Below, piece by piece: positions 49,833 through 62,549 of a stretch of DNA of 64,000 nucleotides. Within the stretch, counting starts at the first letter, position 1, and the number at the start of each line of letters is the position of its first letter. The notes beneath the pieces are model-generated. The model saw only the letters and a program-made list of their open reading frames with translations, was not told the DNA's origin and ran no database searches. The stretch spans positions 23,436,001-23,500,000 of the forward strand of contig NC_043005.1 in the NCBI RefSeq assembly GCF_006345805.1, read 5' to 3'. This DNA comes from Octopus sinensis. Lineage: Eukaryota. A program made the translations under genes and the position numbers.

Positions 49833-50051
49833 CCCTTTAGTATTTAAACCGGCCATACCCGGCCAAAATAGCTAATCTGTTTTATGTTCAAACTGACCAG
49901 ATCCAGGCTCTCACACCTACCCTACAATGTTATTCAACATTAAGTAATTACACCATCAAGATCTTGAAGATATGAAATAATGCATAATTAATTCAAATCA
50001 ATGGGAATCAACAGGCATTATGTTTGATTGAATAATCTGAACACTAAAGGG
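49833..50051. mobile_element. piggyBac-type MITE, TTAA TSD
   Basis: TTAA|CCCTTTAG ... CTAAAGGG|TTAA. Confidence 0.8.
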
Positions 50052-50495
50052 TTAACTCCACGTCAGCTCTGACAGAAAAGACTTATAATAAAAGAAGCCT
50101 TCCTGCCATGACCATCTTGTCCATCTCTGAGATATGGAATATCTAGATGTTAGGATGTAATCTAAAGTAGATTTAGTTGCTATTCCTTACAAGTCCAGTG
50201 ACCATGTAGAAACTCCATCATTGGCTCATGCTTGTTTAGACCTAGGCTAGTCTTGGCTGAATAAACTTATGACCAAATGTTGGTTGTTTTCAAGGATGCT
50301 ACAAATTTCTAAGAGATTAATCTAAAAGAACATTATATTGACGAATGAAGAAAAAATGATTGAATGAATGAAGTAAAACGTTAAAAAAAGTATCCTCTGT
50401 CAGCATATGTAAAGTAGCATATGTCAGGTGCATACAATTGACAACACAGTTAATTAAGATTTATTCAGTGAGTTCTATTCAACACATGTTTACAC

Positions 50496-50714
50496 GTGGA
50501 ATTAGCAGAATCATTATTAACTTTAGATGGCATTTTCAAAGTTTTGGCCGATAAAGTTGAACTGAAAAACCCTACAACGAGGCATGAATTGCACGAAGCC
50601 GTCTTGCAGTCTTGGGAAGAGCTATCTGAGCGGAAAATTTGTGGATGTATTCAACATCAAACTCGTGTTCGGCGTCAAATAGTTGACTGTCATGGTGGTA
50701 ACAGATTCGTGTAA
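50496..50714 (+). mobile_element. Tc1-like transposase C-terminal relic
   Basis: NPTTRHELHEAVLQSWEEL...RVRRQIVDCHGG resembles the Tc1 C-terminus. Confidence 0.45.
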
Positions 50715-51196
50715 TAAATTTTGTGTTTATTTTTGTTTCATAATATATATTTTTTCAGATGCAGCCAGACTTTTCACACAGAGGTACATTATATAAATCT
50801 CCTTCAGTAAATGACAACTGAATTCTTAAAAGGTGACTTGATTTCTATCCTTCATTACCTCAGAATTGTCATAGCTCCTTTACAATAACTTTATTGTAGG
50901 TGTATTTTATGAATATACAGCAGCTGTATAATTGATCAACTTTGATTAAGTGATTAGACATACAACAACATATGAAAGTGGAGGAGCCAATAAAATATGT
51001 TCTGTAATAGCAAAAAATTACTGCAATATATATCCAAATGTGTATATGTGAGTGTATACACACACAGATAGATAGATAGAGCTGCTGTAACAGGTAAAAG
51101 ACATACTTAGAAAGTTTGGAAAAAAGGTAGTAAGAGAGAGTATTATGAAGTCGTTAGAAGGGAAACTAAATATCAGGTATAATTAGGTGATATATA

Positions 51197-51430
51197 AGGC
51201 AGCGAGCTGGCAGAAACGTTAGCACGCCAGGTGAAATGCGTAGCTGTATTTCGTCTGCCGTTATGTTCTGAGTTCAAATTCCGCCGAGGTCGACTTTGCC
51301 TGCCATCCTTTCGGGGTCGATTAAATAAGTACCAGTTACACACTGGAGTCGATGTAATCGACTTAATTCCTTTGTCTGTCCTTGTTTGTCCTCTCTGTGT
51401 TTAGCTCCTTGTGGGTAGTAAAGAAATAGG
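51197..51430 (+). mobile_element. SINE family A, well preserved
   Basis: ggcagcgagctggcagaaacgttagcacg...gagttcaaattcc...gtaccagttacacactggagtcgat...taaagaaatag. Confidence 0.88.
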
Positions 51431-51693
51431 TATAATTAACTGATAGTCACACCCAGTGACAAGCATAGCAGTGTCACTGTAAACTGCTATGATTTTCTTT
51501 AGAGAGAGGAATGACATTGAAGGGTAGGTATAAGGGGCCAGTTTGAACGTAAAACAGGTAGAACATTTGCACTGGATAAGGCCAGTTCAAATTAGTTTTG
51601 ATAATGAGGATTCAGTTGTTCACTCAAGTGGACTACCTGCTCATTGAATTAGCATAGATGTGGTTGAGTATTCCAAAAGCTTAAACTTAATTC

Positions 51694-52055
51694 TCTACCA
51701 ACCACATGGTTCTGAGTTCAGTCCCACTGCATGGCACCTTGGGCAAGTGTCTTCTACTATGGCCTTGGGTCGACCAAAGCCTTGTGAGTGGATTTGGTAG
51801 ATGGAAACTGCAAAAAGCCCGTCGTATATATATATATGTGTTTATGTTTGTGTGTCTGTGTTTGTCCCCCCAACATCGCTTGACAACCGATGCTGGTGTG
51901 TTTACGTCGCCGTAACTTAGCGGTTCGGCAAAAGAGACCGATAGAATAAGTACTAGGCTTACAAAGAATAAGTCCTGGGGTCGATTTGCTCGACTAAAGG
52001 CGGTGCTCCAGCATGGCCACAGCCAAATGACAAACAAGTAAAAGAGTAAAGAGTA
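51694..52055 (+). mobile_element. SINE family B, well preserved
   Basis: accaaccacatggttctgagttcagtcccactgc...gtaaaagagtaaagagta. Confidence 0.85.
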
Positions 52056-53108
52056 CCGTCAACATGACAGCATATGACAAGGCTGTACTGGTCCATCCAA
52101 CAGGCTTCCGCACAGTTTCTGTCTAACAAAGTTCGCTCACAAAGGTAAAAGACACCCTGTACAGAGGAGGGTGTGTGATCAAGAAGTTTGCTTTTCCTAT
52201 TACACTGCACCGTGGGCATCTTCTATTATAGCCTGAGACTGTCAAAAGCCTTGTGAATGGTTTTCGTAAATGGAAACTGAAGGAAGCCCGTCATATACAT
52301 ACACATATGTCTCTTTGTCTTAACATCGCATGATAGTTGTTAACAAACGACATCATTATACAAGTAATGCTGCAACAGGAGGGACATCCAGCTATTCTTC
52401 TTCAATGAATGCCGTCCGGCAAATACGAACACAGAAAAGTAGACGTTAAAACATTGAAGTAAGGAAGATCACATGCAGTGAGATCCAATCCGCAGTCAAG
52501 TGTGAAAAGAACTGCTTAATCATTCGGCCATGGTGCGTCATAAAATGATTTCAAATTTTAGCATAAGTATAGCAATTTTGAGGGAAGCTTAATCGAAGCT
52601 ATCGATCCCAATAATCGACAGATATTTTATTTTATCGACCCTGGAGGGAAGAATGGAAAGGTTGACAGCACCAGAATGTGAACTGAGAACGTAATGAATT
52701 CGGAATATCGCTATACATAAAATACTTAAGAGAGAAAATATCAAACTGTTTTTCTTCCTTTTACACACACACACAAGGATATATTTGTTTTCACATATTC
52801 AAAATGAAATGAAATTAATTTAATTTTGAAAGGCGGGGTAATACTTGTAATTTACATACAGCAATATTTATACTCCATTTCGTCTACATTAGGTCATGTC
52901 AATAGAGTTAATGAAAAAATAACACCGAATGGAAATGTGATGAGGGGCAGCGACTACAAAACGACTCCATATCTTGTTGGTTAAATCTGACTTATTTCGT
53001 ACAGCCACCTCGAGAATATAATATTGTCTGACGAGCAACAACAAAATTTTTTTTACCTACAGATGCTGACAGACTTTTATTTATTTAAAAATATGTTATA
53101 AAACTTAC

Positions 53109-53210
53109 GTGTTCTAGCATATAAGTGTTTAACAGTGTAACATGCTTCTATAGTCATCAAAATACAAACATTCGATTCTCAACACAAGATGGTTATAGCG
53201 GAAACGGAAA
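53109..53210 (-). promoter_or_regulatory. Candidate TSS and non-coding first exon of the zinc-finger gene
   Basis: Locally CpG-rich; on the - strand, tandem TTCCG (ETS-like) and CCATCTT (YY1-like) motifs are followed by a perfect GTAAGT donor at 53108-53103; could splice to the acceptor at 49269. Confidence 0.4.
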
Positions 53211-53360
53211 TAATGTAACTTCTCTAACAAATAAAACCACAAAACATGTCACGGGAGGGGGACAAACAAAACAGTAAAATAAATATTGAAAAAAAAAAAT
53301 ATATATATATATACTACAATAATATATTTTGATTTAGATCACCATGGTTACCATCTGGTT

Positions 53361-53805
53361 AGGATCTTTTCTGGGTAAAATTACAGATTAACACCCGCAC
53401 GATTTTCACTGAGTTTTTTTTTTTTTTTCTTAGTGAAAATCGTGCGGGTGTTAATCTGTAATTTTACCACACTTTTAAACTTCGTATACTGGTAGAATGA
53501 GTTTATAAAACATCTTTTTCTCTTGGCTTTATTGAGAAAATTCTACAGTTTGTAACATATTTGTTTTTTCTTCAATTTCAACCAATCAATGACGTCTATT
53601 GAGGTGAAAACATAGTGCCGTATGAATATGTCCCTCGTTTAAGAAACAGATTGGGTTTATTTACATTTAAGAAAAAAGATACCCTCCCCACCCCTAACCC
53701 TAAAACAGATTGAAATGCAATAGATCGATACTAGGGTCATAATTATGGGTGACAATTTCATATGACACTGCTAGAAAAAACTGCCGTTCAAACCAAAAGG
53801 ATCCT
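53361..53805. mobile_element. Non-autonomous DNA-transposon-like element with AGGATC termini and a short (CCCTAA)n tract
   Basis: aggatcttttc... / ...caaaaggatcct; cccctaaccctaa near 53693-53703; left part replaced by a hairpin. Confidence 0.45.
53374..53468. repeat. Perfect 37-bp inverted repeat around a T-rich loop
   Basis: 53374-53410 is the exact reverse complement of 53432-53468. Confidence 0.95.
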
Positions 53806-53875
53806 CTGCTTATAATAACCTAGTTTTCAAAAGTATCATTACTGGTTATTTTAGGCTTGTTATATTTCTATCGGT

Positions 53876-54010
53876 GGAGGCACATGGCCTCGTGGTTAGA
53901 GTAGCGGACTCGTGGTCGAGGGATCACTGGTTCGCATCTCAGACCGGGTGATGTGTGTGTTTATGAGCGAAACACCTAAGCTCCACGCGGCTCTGGCAGA
54001 AGGTAATGAA
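53876..54010 (+). mobile_element. 3'-truncated copy of the 23554 SINE
   Basis: ggaggcacatggcctcgtggttagagtagcggactcg...gcagaaggtaatg. Confidence 0.8.
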
Positions 54011-54748
54011 CAGGTGCCGATGACGGTGGTCATCATGGCAGTAGACATTAATGTTGATGATGGTGGTGGTGGTGGAGGTGATTGTGTTATCCCAGGTAGT
54101 CCTATTGCATACAGATACTCAGACAAATGATGAGGCTGGACCCACTTGGTCCTCTTCGTAGTTATACCACAATTTTTCTGGCCAAAGACCTCATTTAACC
54201 CTCAGACTCACAGTGATAAATTATATGTGGTGTAGCATGATAGTTCGGGAGCAATGTACTCCACCCTCCAGTCCTCCATTCCCTGGTGGCCATAACAGAG
54301 GCAGATAAGGTAATCAAGATCAGGGTGCAACTGTTGTTACTCCTCAGCACTTAATGGTGGTGGTGTGGAACCCAACATGGGGTTGGAGACTAGTGAGGTT
54401 ATTGATGTTGCTAATATTTCTGTTTGTATTAATTTTCTCCACATTGTAATACGTCTGTCTGGAGAATTGGTACCTACTGTCTGCACATTACAACACACTT
54501 TCATCACCTTTTCTTTCCAGATGTTAATATCAAGGTCATTATTCTGCATATATTGGAATATATAATGTTCAGCTGACCTTTCATTTCATTTACATTGGAT
54601 GGAAATTACATTATCACATTTTACAAAACATATTTCACTCAGTTTCCTCTTCTAATTATCCTCCTCCTCAACATTATCATCTTTTGGCATTCACCTTCGA
54701 TGCTGGTATAGGTTTTGTAGCGTACACTGAGAGAAATTCCTCTCTCTC

Positions 54749-55668
54749 TGTCATATATATATAAATACAGACGTAGTAGATAACAGCTAGCTTTTGGCTG
54801 CCCTTTTGGACCCTGTTGTGTCCACTACTCTGATTGGTTGGTATTGGCGCAATTTGTCTCTTGCTCTATTGCACGCCAATATGCAACCCAACCAATCGCA
54901 GCCTTCTGATAAGGTCATGTGAGACAGTCTCTTCTAAAATTCCAGTGAGCTGATAGCATGCTATAAAACTGTAGCTTCACTCCGTCTCAATGTCTTTTGG
55001 TTCCAGATTTTTTTAGGTCTAGCCACTGACCACATAGGACACAGCCAGTTCCAGTGACAACACAACAGCAGCCACATGAAGACTCAACTTTGTCCAGCAG
55101 CATTCAGGACCTCCATCTCTGCCGCCTCCGTCTTCTTAACGTCATCAACATCATCTCTCTACATACACAGCAACCAGCAACCCTCATACAGGTTCTATCT
55201 CAACACTGTTTGTGAATTACTTCACCATGGTTAGCAGCAAATACAACCTGTGAGAACTTCCTGTATCAAGTGACCGGAAGCAGCATAGTAGCCACAACTT
55301 CTTATACGACTTGTGCCTCAACCAGCTCTGCATTACTGCCACAACATCTTGTTACAGCATTTCAACTATTGTGTACCTTCACTACGAACTAGCATTTATC
55401 TTCCTTGTGTCTGAACATTCTTCTGTCATATTATAGACTCTTTCAATACTCTGTACTTAATGCACGCACATACACTTTGTATACATGACGGCCTGTCTGT
55501 TATTATGTATATATGATGCGTACACACACGTTAGCATATAAATAAAATCTTCTCTTAAACATTCTACCTGGTTGTGTCTCTCTTTTTCCTTCTGGCACTT
55601 ATACTCATATATTTTTTTCGCATTTATTGTATTGACCGTGTGGCGTACTAAAGGAGCCATTCTCGTCA
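54749..55668 (+). mobile_element. Putative solo LTR (about 920 bp)
   Basis: TG...CA ends; four CCAAT/ATTGG boxes at 54833-54896; TATAAAA at 54962; AATAAA at 55541; CT-rich flanks resemble an imperfect TSD. Confidence 0.4.
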
Positions 55669-57464
55669 CCTCTCCTCGCATGGTTGTTTACAGTTTCTAA
55701 GACTGGATGCCCTTCCTAACACTAAGCATTTTATGGAATGTACTGGATGCTTTTCTTTATTTTGTGACCCCAGTACTACATGCATCTCACAAGAATTAGA
55801 CCCCTTCCAACTAAGGACTACAGTAGAAGGATGTAGCTTTATGCTAGGAGATGACAAGTTAAAGAGTGAGATAAGATGCCAAAACAGAAAAGGCTTCTTA
55901 CTGTAAAGGAAGGAGTTACATGACTGCTGACATCATAGAAGATTGGATGAGAGCTAATTACGGTAGAGTTGGGAAGGGAGATAAAAATTGTGATGAAGAG
56001 TTGTTGGGGTGAGCCCACAAGATGAAGTAAGTGAACAGAAGTGAGTAGGGACAGAGGAACTGGAAGTGTGAGTGTATAAAGGTTGCAAGGGTGTATAGGG
56101 AGAGTGAGGAATGGTTGGAAATGGATTGGGGTGAGGCTTATAATGACTTATAGACAAAGGTCTAGGAGGGAGGAAAGGTAGGGAAATGTAGGTAATGACT
56201 AGAGATTTGCCAATTTTTTATCATTCATGAATCAAGTTTCTCTGCCATTCAGTATTGTACTGTTTGGCCTTTACATAACTGTCCTCAAATGTGTCCCACT
56301 CCTTTATCCTTCTGACTTTGATATTTTTAACACAACTTGGCAGCAAATTAGCAGAACCATTAGAGCTTAGGATAAAATCATTTTCAAGATTTGTTCTGGC
56401 TCTTTGCACCCTGATTTCATATCCTGTTGCAGGTAACTTTGCTTTTCATCATTTGGAGATCAATCATATTAGATACCAATCTAGAGCAGTGAATCATTAG
56501 CAGAATATAGCATGAGACAACACAGCTTGTAGTATTTGCTGTGGCTCTTTGTCTTCTGAATTCTTGGATGATAGACTTAATCCATTGCCCTTGTTACTTG
56601 GTTGCCTTTAATGAGGTTCACTTTATTACAAGTAGTCGGAGCAGGACTCTCAGTTTGAGGATAACTTTCTCTCTTCTAGGCATTGGTTGTAGAGACCCAG
56701 GATAAAAAAAATTGGGGCTTGGACACTGTCTTTTTCCATTAACAAAGTAGTTAAAAAATAAACACTTTTATCAATAATTAGATTACCTTTGTAGGAGAAA
56801 CTAATGATAACTTCTAGTGAGTACCTGACATAGTCTTCATTCTCTTCAAATATATTGTCATTCAGTTTGTTTTATTCCCCCCACCCCCACCAAGAATTGG
56901 GGTATTTGATGCTGTTTGTCTTTCAGCAGTGTTGCAGCATTCTATTTGTTCATTCATTACAATTAGTATACACCATTGATTTACTGTCAACTTCCTTCTT
57001 GCATTCCATGAAAATACACTCAGACAAGTTTTGGGAAATACTTTCTGCAATTAATTGCTATTTTAGTTTGTCATATTGATCTTTACAGCCTCTGGTTCTA
57101 GAACTGCTTCCAATTCAAACTTTCCATGTAACATACACAACATTTAGCATATATTTCATGTTTGTTTGATGGCTATGTTATTTTTGTTATTCTCCAATAC
57201 AATTAATGCTATGCAAATATGCATAGCGATTTGCCTGAAGCATGGTTTACCTCCAGAGTGTGAGACTATGGTAATTGGTATGTGTATGGTCCTTAGTGGG
57301 GTACTGAATCTGTGGTTTATTGTAATGTTTGTTAAGATGCATCTTTTTCCTTGGTAGGTTACTAAACTTGTGGTTTAATGTAGTGTGTGATAAGGTACAG
57401 CTATAGTCTAATGAGTGTGTAACTTGCTTAACTATTTGATTAGTTCAGTATTTGGCTCAATAAA

Positions 57465-57514
57465 CTAAGCCCTCTCATATATAGCCTTTGATCTCATGAC
57501 GTCGGCCTTTGTAC
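57465..57514 (-). CDS. Possible terminal coding exon of the UBE2U-like gene
   Basis: tttttttcAAG-TAG tandem acceptor; the phase-1 reading gives (C)TKADVMRSKAIYERA*; no independent support. Confidence 0.3.
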
Positions 57515-57898
57515 CTACTTGAAAAAAACCCAACAACTTAAGGTCTACTGGAAATGATCTTTTTTTATGAACATTTCTGGAATTTAATGTTTATGAAGAA
57601 AAAAGTAGTGACCTGGCACAACTGTTAGCATGCTGGTCAAAGTGTTTAATGACATTTCATCTATCTTTACACTCTGAGTTCAAATTCAATCAAGGTTGAC
57701 TTTGCCTTTCATCCTTTTGGGGTCAATAAAATAAGCATCAATTGAACACTGGGATCAATATAATCAACTATTCCCTCCCACAAAATTGTTGGCCTTGTGC
57801 CAAAATTTGAAACCAATATATATGGAAAAGACGTAGATAAGAGCAAAACAGCAACAACAAAAATTCTACTTGGTTTTACTTTTTATACGTAATTTTAC

Positions 57899-58048
57899 AT
57901 GTGGCAAGATTAGACCAATCTAAATGGTATTTTTCAAATGATATTTTAGCAGAAGTGTAATAGGATTTATTATCAACTTCCTTTTTTGATTTATCTAAGC
58001 AGTTTTCGCTTTTTATGGTGGGTACTTCAATTTTCTTGTAATGTTTCC
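57899..58048 (-). CDS. UBE2U: UBE2U-like exon (C-terminal extension)
   Basis: Long polypyrimidine tract ending in ccag; KHYKKIEVP...AKISFEKYHLDWSNLAT. The 3' boundary is uncertain: donor CAT|GTAAAA at 57898, or read-through to TAA at 57876. Confidence 0.72.
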
Positions 58049-58151
58049 CTGGAAAACAAAACATAAAAACAAAAAGCAAGTAAGAAAGAAGAGAAAAAAA
58101 GAAGAAAACAAAGCGAATTCAATGTGAACGAAATACAAAGCATTGTAATTT

Positions 58152-58507
58152 ATTATTACCTATGCCTTAGTGAAGGTGGAGGTATTGTTTTCAGTTGTGT
58201 TTGTTTGTCTGTGGACAAGGTATCTCAAGAACCGCAGGATGAATTTGGATGACACTTTCAGGGATGTTTGGCCTTGTAACTGGCATGAACTGATTAGATT
58301 TTGGGATTGATCTGGTACCAGACAAAGATTCTGGATTACTTTTCCTGTTTTTTTTTTACTTAATGTTTGAGAGTCGGGTTCATTTTTAGTATTCTCATTT
58401 GTGAGAGCAGTCGGGTTTATTTCAGATATTCTCATTTTAAAAATCATCTTTGGCCAATTGTTGAGAGTACGTTGGCAGAGGTTTGTGCTCTCTGAGTGCT
58501 CTTATTT
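58152..58507 (+). mobile_element. Helentron/DINE-like non-autonomous element
   Basis: ttattacct(a/c)(t/c)gcc..ggtggaggta 5' hairpin, gtttgtttgt microsatellite, 3' ggcagaggtttgtgctctctgagtgct. Confidence 0.5.
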
Positions 58508-58864
58508 AAAATTTCATTAGATTTCATTCATCCCTCCCTCTCCAAATGCCAATGATAGTAGCTAAAAGGCTATTTATTCAAACATAGACTTGAATATGTA
58601 CAAGCATAGGCACAGGACACATATGCATAAACATGAACACATTTACATAGTCTTACAAGGTTCATGTATTTATTACTTGTTCCAGTCATTAGACTGTGGC
58701 CATGCTGGGACACTGCCTTGAAGAATTTTTAGTTGAATGGGTCAATCCCAGGACATATTTTCTTTCTTTTTTTTTGGAAGCCTAGTACTTCATTTCTCAG
58801 TCTCTTTTGCCAAATAGCTTTGCTATGGGGATATAAGCACACCGGTTGTTGAGCAGCAATGGGC

Positions 58865-58934
<70 letters not shown>

Positions 58935-59745
58935 ACACACCACACACACACACACCACACCACACACAAATACACTCAGAGATTCTCATGGAGGTAATGA
59001 CAAGTGATTGAGACCTTTGGTGTTTTTCTGTGCTTGAGAAGACACGTCAAGCCAAATGGACTTGTAGTACTGACCAGCACTAGTAACACATAAAGGACAC
59101 CCATGCTACTGACATGCAAAAAGCACCTACTACACTCTAGGAGTGGTTGGTGTTAGGAAGGGCATCCAGCCATTGAAACCAAGCCAAATCAGAAACCAAT
59201 GCCAGCATGGAAAACAGATGCTAAATGATGATGATGATGATGATGATATGTGTGTGTGTGTGATGGGCTTCTTTCAGTTTCCATCAATCAAATCCACTCC
59301 AAAGGATTTGGTTGGCCCAAGTCTATGGTAAAAGACACTTGCCCAAGGTACCACACAGTAGGACTAAGCCTGGAACCACGTGATTGGGAAGCAAACTTCT
59401 GACCACATGTATATTTATTTATTCATAACCCATACTGTTATGGGTTATGAAAAAATAAATATAATAACTGACAGGCTGTACAGTTCACTTAAATGGGTCA
59501 TGAAAATGACACCTTATGTTTCATATATGCATGGAACAACTGCACAAAAAAAAATAAAAGAAAAAAGAAAAAAAACACAAGTTGATACTAGCTTAGGTTA
59601 TGAATAAATGAAGAACACAGTCTTGTTATATGGGTCTGAACACACAATTCTCACATTAAAACTGATGATCTACCAATTGAACTGTGTTCTATTTTTAGTT
59701 TACTCCTTAAATGCAACAAAAATTAGCAAGATTTTTGCTGCTCAC

Positions 59746-59872
59746 CTTCAATTTTTTGACTATTCATTACGCAGTCAGTAGCAATTTGCTTATAAGCATG
59801 GGGTAGGTATAAAAGCATCTGTTTGGCAGCAGAGTTTACAGCATTCTCCAAAACAGGGTTTGAAAGTAGGTT
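59746..59872 (-). CDS. UBE2U: UBE2U-like exon (LSNPVLEN helix region)
   Basis: tttgtttttgcag acceptor, AAG|GTGAGC donor; only phase 0 is open: NLLSNPVLENAVNSAAKQMLLYLPHAYKQIATDCVMNSQKIE. Confidence 0.88.
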
Positions 59873-60389
59873 CTGCAAAAACAAACAGCAAAGCATTGAA
59901 CGAAAATTTTAAGTTAGATTCTCAGAAAAATTTGCTTGCCATTCAACCTGCAAACTCGTAAACCATAACTGGGTCTTCTGGCTATTTACCAAAATAGTCT
60001 CTCCCATTCTTTTCCCAATCATCTTAGTCACCACTCTTCAGTCAAAGAAATTCAATAAACCACACTTCCACTGATAAACGCTTTGCATTTGTAATCTGCA
60101 CTCAACAAAATTATTCCCAAACTCTTTTCCATCACTCTACATATCTTCCAACTACTACCTACAAATGAGCCAATGAGGGACCTCAATGTAGTCACTTGAC
60201 CTGTTAGAAATAGCAGATAAATCTCTTTCAAATCACACCTTACTATTGTACAGGAAAGATACATTAGATAATGCAGGCCTAGATATACAATATACAAAAT
60301 AAAAAAATGGGATGGCTATGATTAGGTTATGGGTCTGTTTAAATAGGGCTGACCCAGGGCTAAACAAGGACAACACAGTTACTAAGTGA

Positions 60390-61110
60390 AAGCTCCTATC
60401 TCCTATGAATGCTCCAGCTCATCAAAACACCTGATCTTGTACTCCAGGGCTTGCTCCTATCCTCAGCGAACTCTTTGGTCTTTCTCTCACTGTTCATTGA
60501 TCTATCCCAATATTTTGAAACATAATGCAATGTATTGTCTGCATAAGAAGGGCACCTCTCTATGTATGACAAGAACTGACCAATCCTGTTATGTTCAGTA
60601 TTTCAAAGTTGATGGATATATTAGTAAACAGCTACCTCTGTCATCCCCTACAGTCTTTCACTCTCAGCAAATGTCAGTCTGGCTTCCATAATTAAATCAA
60701 AATTGCTTTGAGACTTCAATGAAAGGACATAAGCTCTCTTTGTCATCTGAGATCATCAAGTCTTCAGTAAGTCTGGTATAAGAACCCAGCTAAATTATCC
60801 ATCTAGATGGTTCATTCATTTTCCATATCTTGGCGTGAAAACCTTTGTCAAACTTCAACATTGCAGTATGTACTTGCAAGGATTTCTCCTAACTATACTC
60901 TGGTAACTTGAGTGTGTCCTAAGGTTTGTTTATTTCTCCTACTCTACTTCATTTTGGAACATTAATACCCTACTTGATATTTTTTCCAGTAACATATACT
61001 CCCAGTACGATTGATACTGATTTTCACTCAACACATCTGCACTCTGGTGTCATCCACATACAACATATCATGTCAGATTTATTTCTTGTCAGACATTTTG
61101 TAAACAACAC
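60390..61110 (-). mobile_element. Decayed CR1/L2-type LINE RT 3' relic inside a UBE2U-like intron
   Basis: MLYVDDTRV (YADD variant) and CNVxKFDK-like remnants, many stops. Confidence 0.45.
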
Positions 61111-61680
61111 CACTGTTGGTTATAGATTCCTAATGGGTTGATCATCAATTTATCGTATTTCAGATGACAAGAATGATAAGAGAGTGACTAAGTAAAATCA
61201 TCATCATCATCACTACCACCACCACCATCATCATCAGGAGCTGGCCAGCTAGAGAGCTTCCCAACTTTTCCTTGTAAGGCATTGGTAAATCTGAGGCTAT
61301 GGTAGAAGATACTTGTCCAAAATATTGTGTAGTAGAACCAAACCCCAAACGTTGTGTTTACAAAGTAAACTTCATAACCACACAACAATGTCTGTATTCA
61401 TACTTGTCACTTTAGTGTTGTTAGGTTGGTGTTTCACTACACTGAATTCTTATCCACTCACAGTTATTTTAAAACCCAATATTATTCATGTAACGACATT
61501 CATTCATGAGATTCTAGCTCTACTCTGTGTGGTATAAACTGACCTCATACCAAATCCCCATCTGAAACCAGTCATAGAAGCCCCATCACCACTACCAAAT
61601 AAGTGGTACACTTCTCCTCTGACTTACTCCTCTGACTTACTTATTTAAATAAAAGGAAAATATGAAATGAGACACATTAC

Positions 61681-61769
61681 TTGAATATATAAAAGGATGT
61701 TTAAAACGTAGAGTCCCTTCTTTTCTATTGAGCCAAAATCCAACTGAACCTTTCCATTTGTAGGATCAA
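61681..61769 (-). CDS. UBE2U: UBE2U-like exon (active-site loop; Gln at the Cys position)
   Basis: tttcatttcag acceptor, CAA|GTAATG donor; (V)DPTNGKVQLDFGSIEKKGLYVLNILLYIQ. Confidence 0.85.
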
Positions 61770-61811
61770 CTGAAATGAAACATTGGAATCAAAGATTAAC
61801 AACAACAACAA

Positions 61812-62226
61812 TCCTTTCTGCTATAGGCACAAGGCCTGAAATTCTGGGGGTAGGGCATAATTGATTATATTGACCCCAGTGCTCAACTGGTACTTGTTTC
61901 GGTAAACCAGAAAGGATGAAAAGCAAAGCCGATCTCGATGGAATTTGAAATCAGAATGTAAAGAACAATGAAATATCACTAAGCATTTTGCCTGGCGTGC
62001 TAACGATTCTGCCAGCTCACTGTCTTAATAATTTTGGCACAAGGCCAGCAATTGTGGGAGAGAGGATAAGTCAATTTCATCGACCCCAGTGCTCAACTGG
62101 TACTTTTTTTATCAACCCCAAAGGGATGAAAGGCTAAGTCCACCTAGGCAGATTTTGAACTCAATGTAAAGATATACGAAATATGACTGAGCATTTTGCC
62201 TTAATGATTCTGCTGGCTTGCTGCCT
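61812..62226 (-). mobile_element. Two tandem SINE family A copies
   Basis: Repeated ggcacaaggcc..gaccccagtgctcaactggtac..ctgccagc units. Confidence 0.75.
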
Positions 62227-62549
62227 TATAAATAGTAATGATGATAATAAATTAATTAATGAAGTGAAATTTGGTTGACAAAGAGAGAATGGAAGGCCTC
62301 TGGAAGGATTTTTCCTGTTCTTAGATGATAGGTTTAATCCATAGCTCAGTTTGATGTCACCTAGTCTGTGGGTGCCTTCAGCAGAGCCCAAATGTAAACA
62401 TTTGGATCATATACCCAGTCTGATAATAATTGTCTCCTTTCCTCCCACCATTTTCAGAAACACTGAAAAAGGGTCACTGGTGACTAAACCATTAAAAAAA
62501 AAACCCCCCAGAAAAGATAGCCTTTAGAGCAAGTAGTTTGATTACTTAC

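Noticed and set aside
54100-54720. Minus-strand ORF 54337-54549 beside the putative LTR (gag-like?)
   Set aside because: Several stops, no clear CCHC knuckle and no primer-binding site.
59480-59545. Strong minus-strand acceptor inside a UBE2U-like intron
   Set aside because: All three frames stop within 14 codons, and skipping it preserves UBE2U similarity; could be an alternative terminal exon but is unsupported.
60052-60200. Minus-strand ORF with an acceptor, between UBE2U-like exons
   Set aside because: Phases are incompatible and the flanking exons already join in frame with correct E2 spacing.
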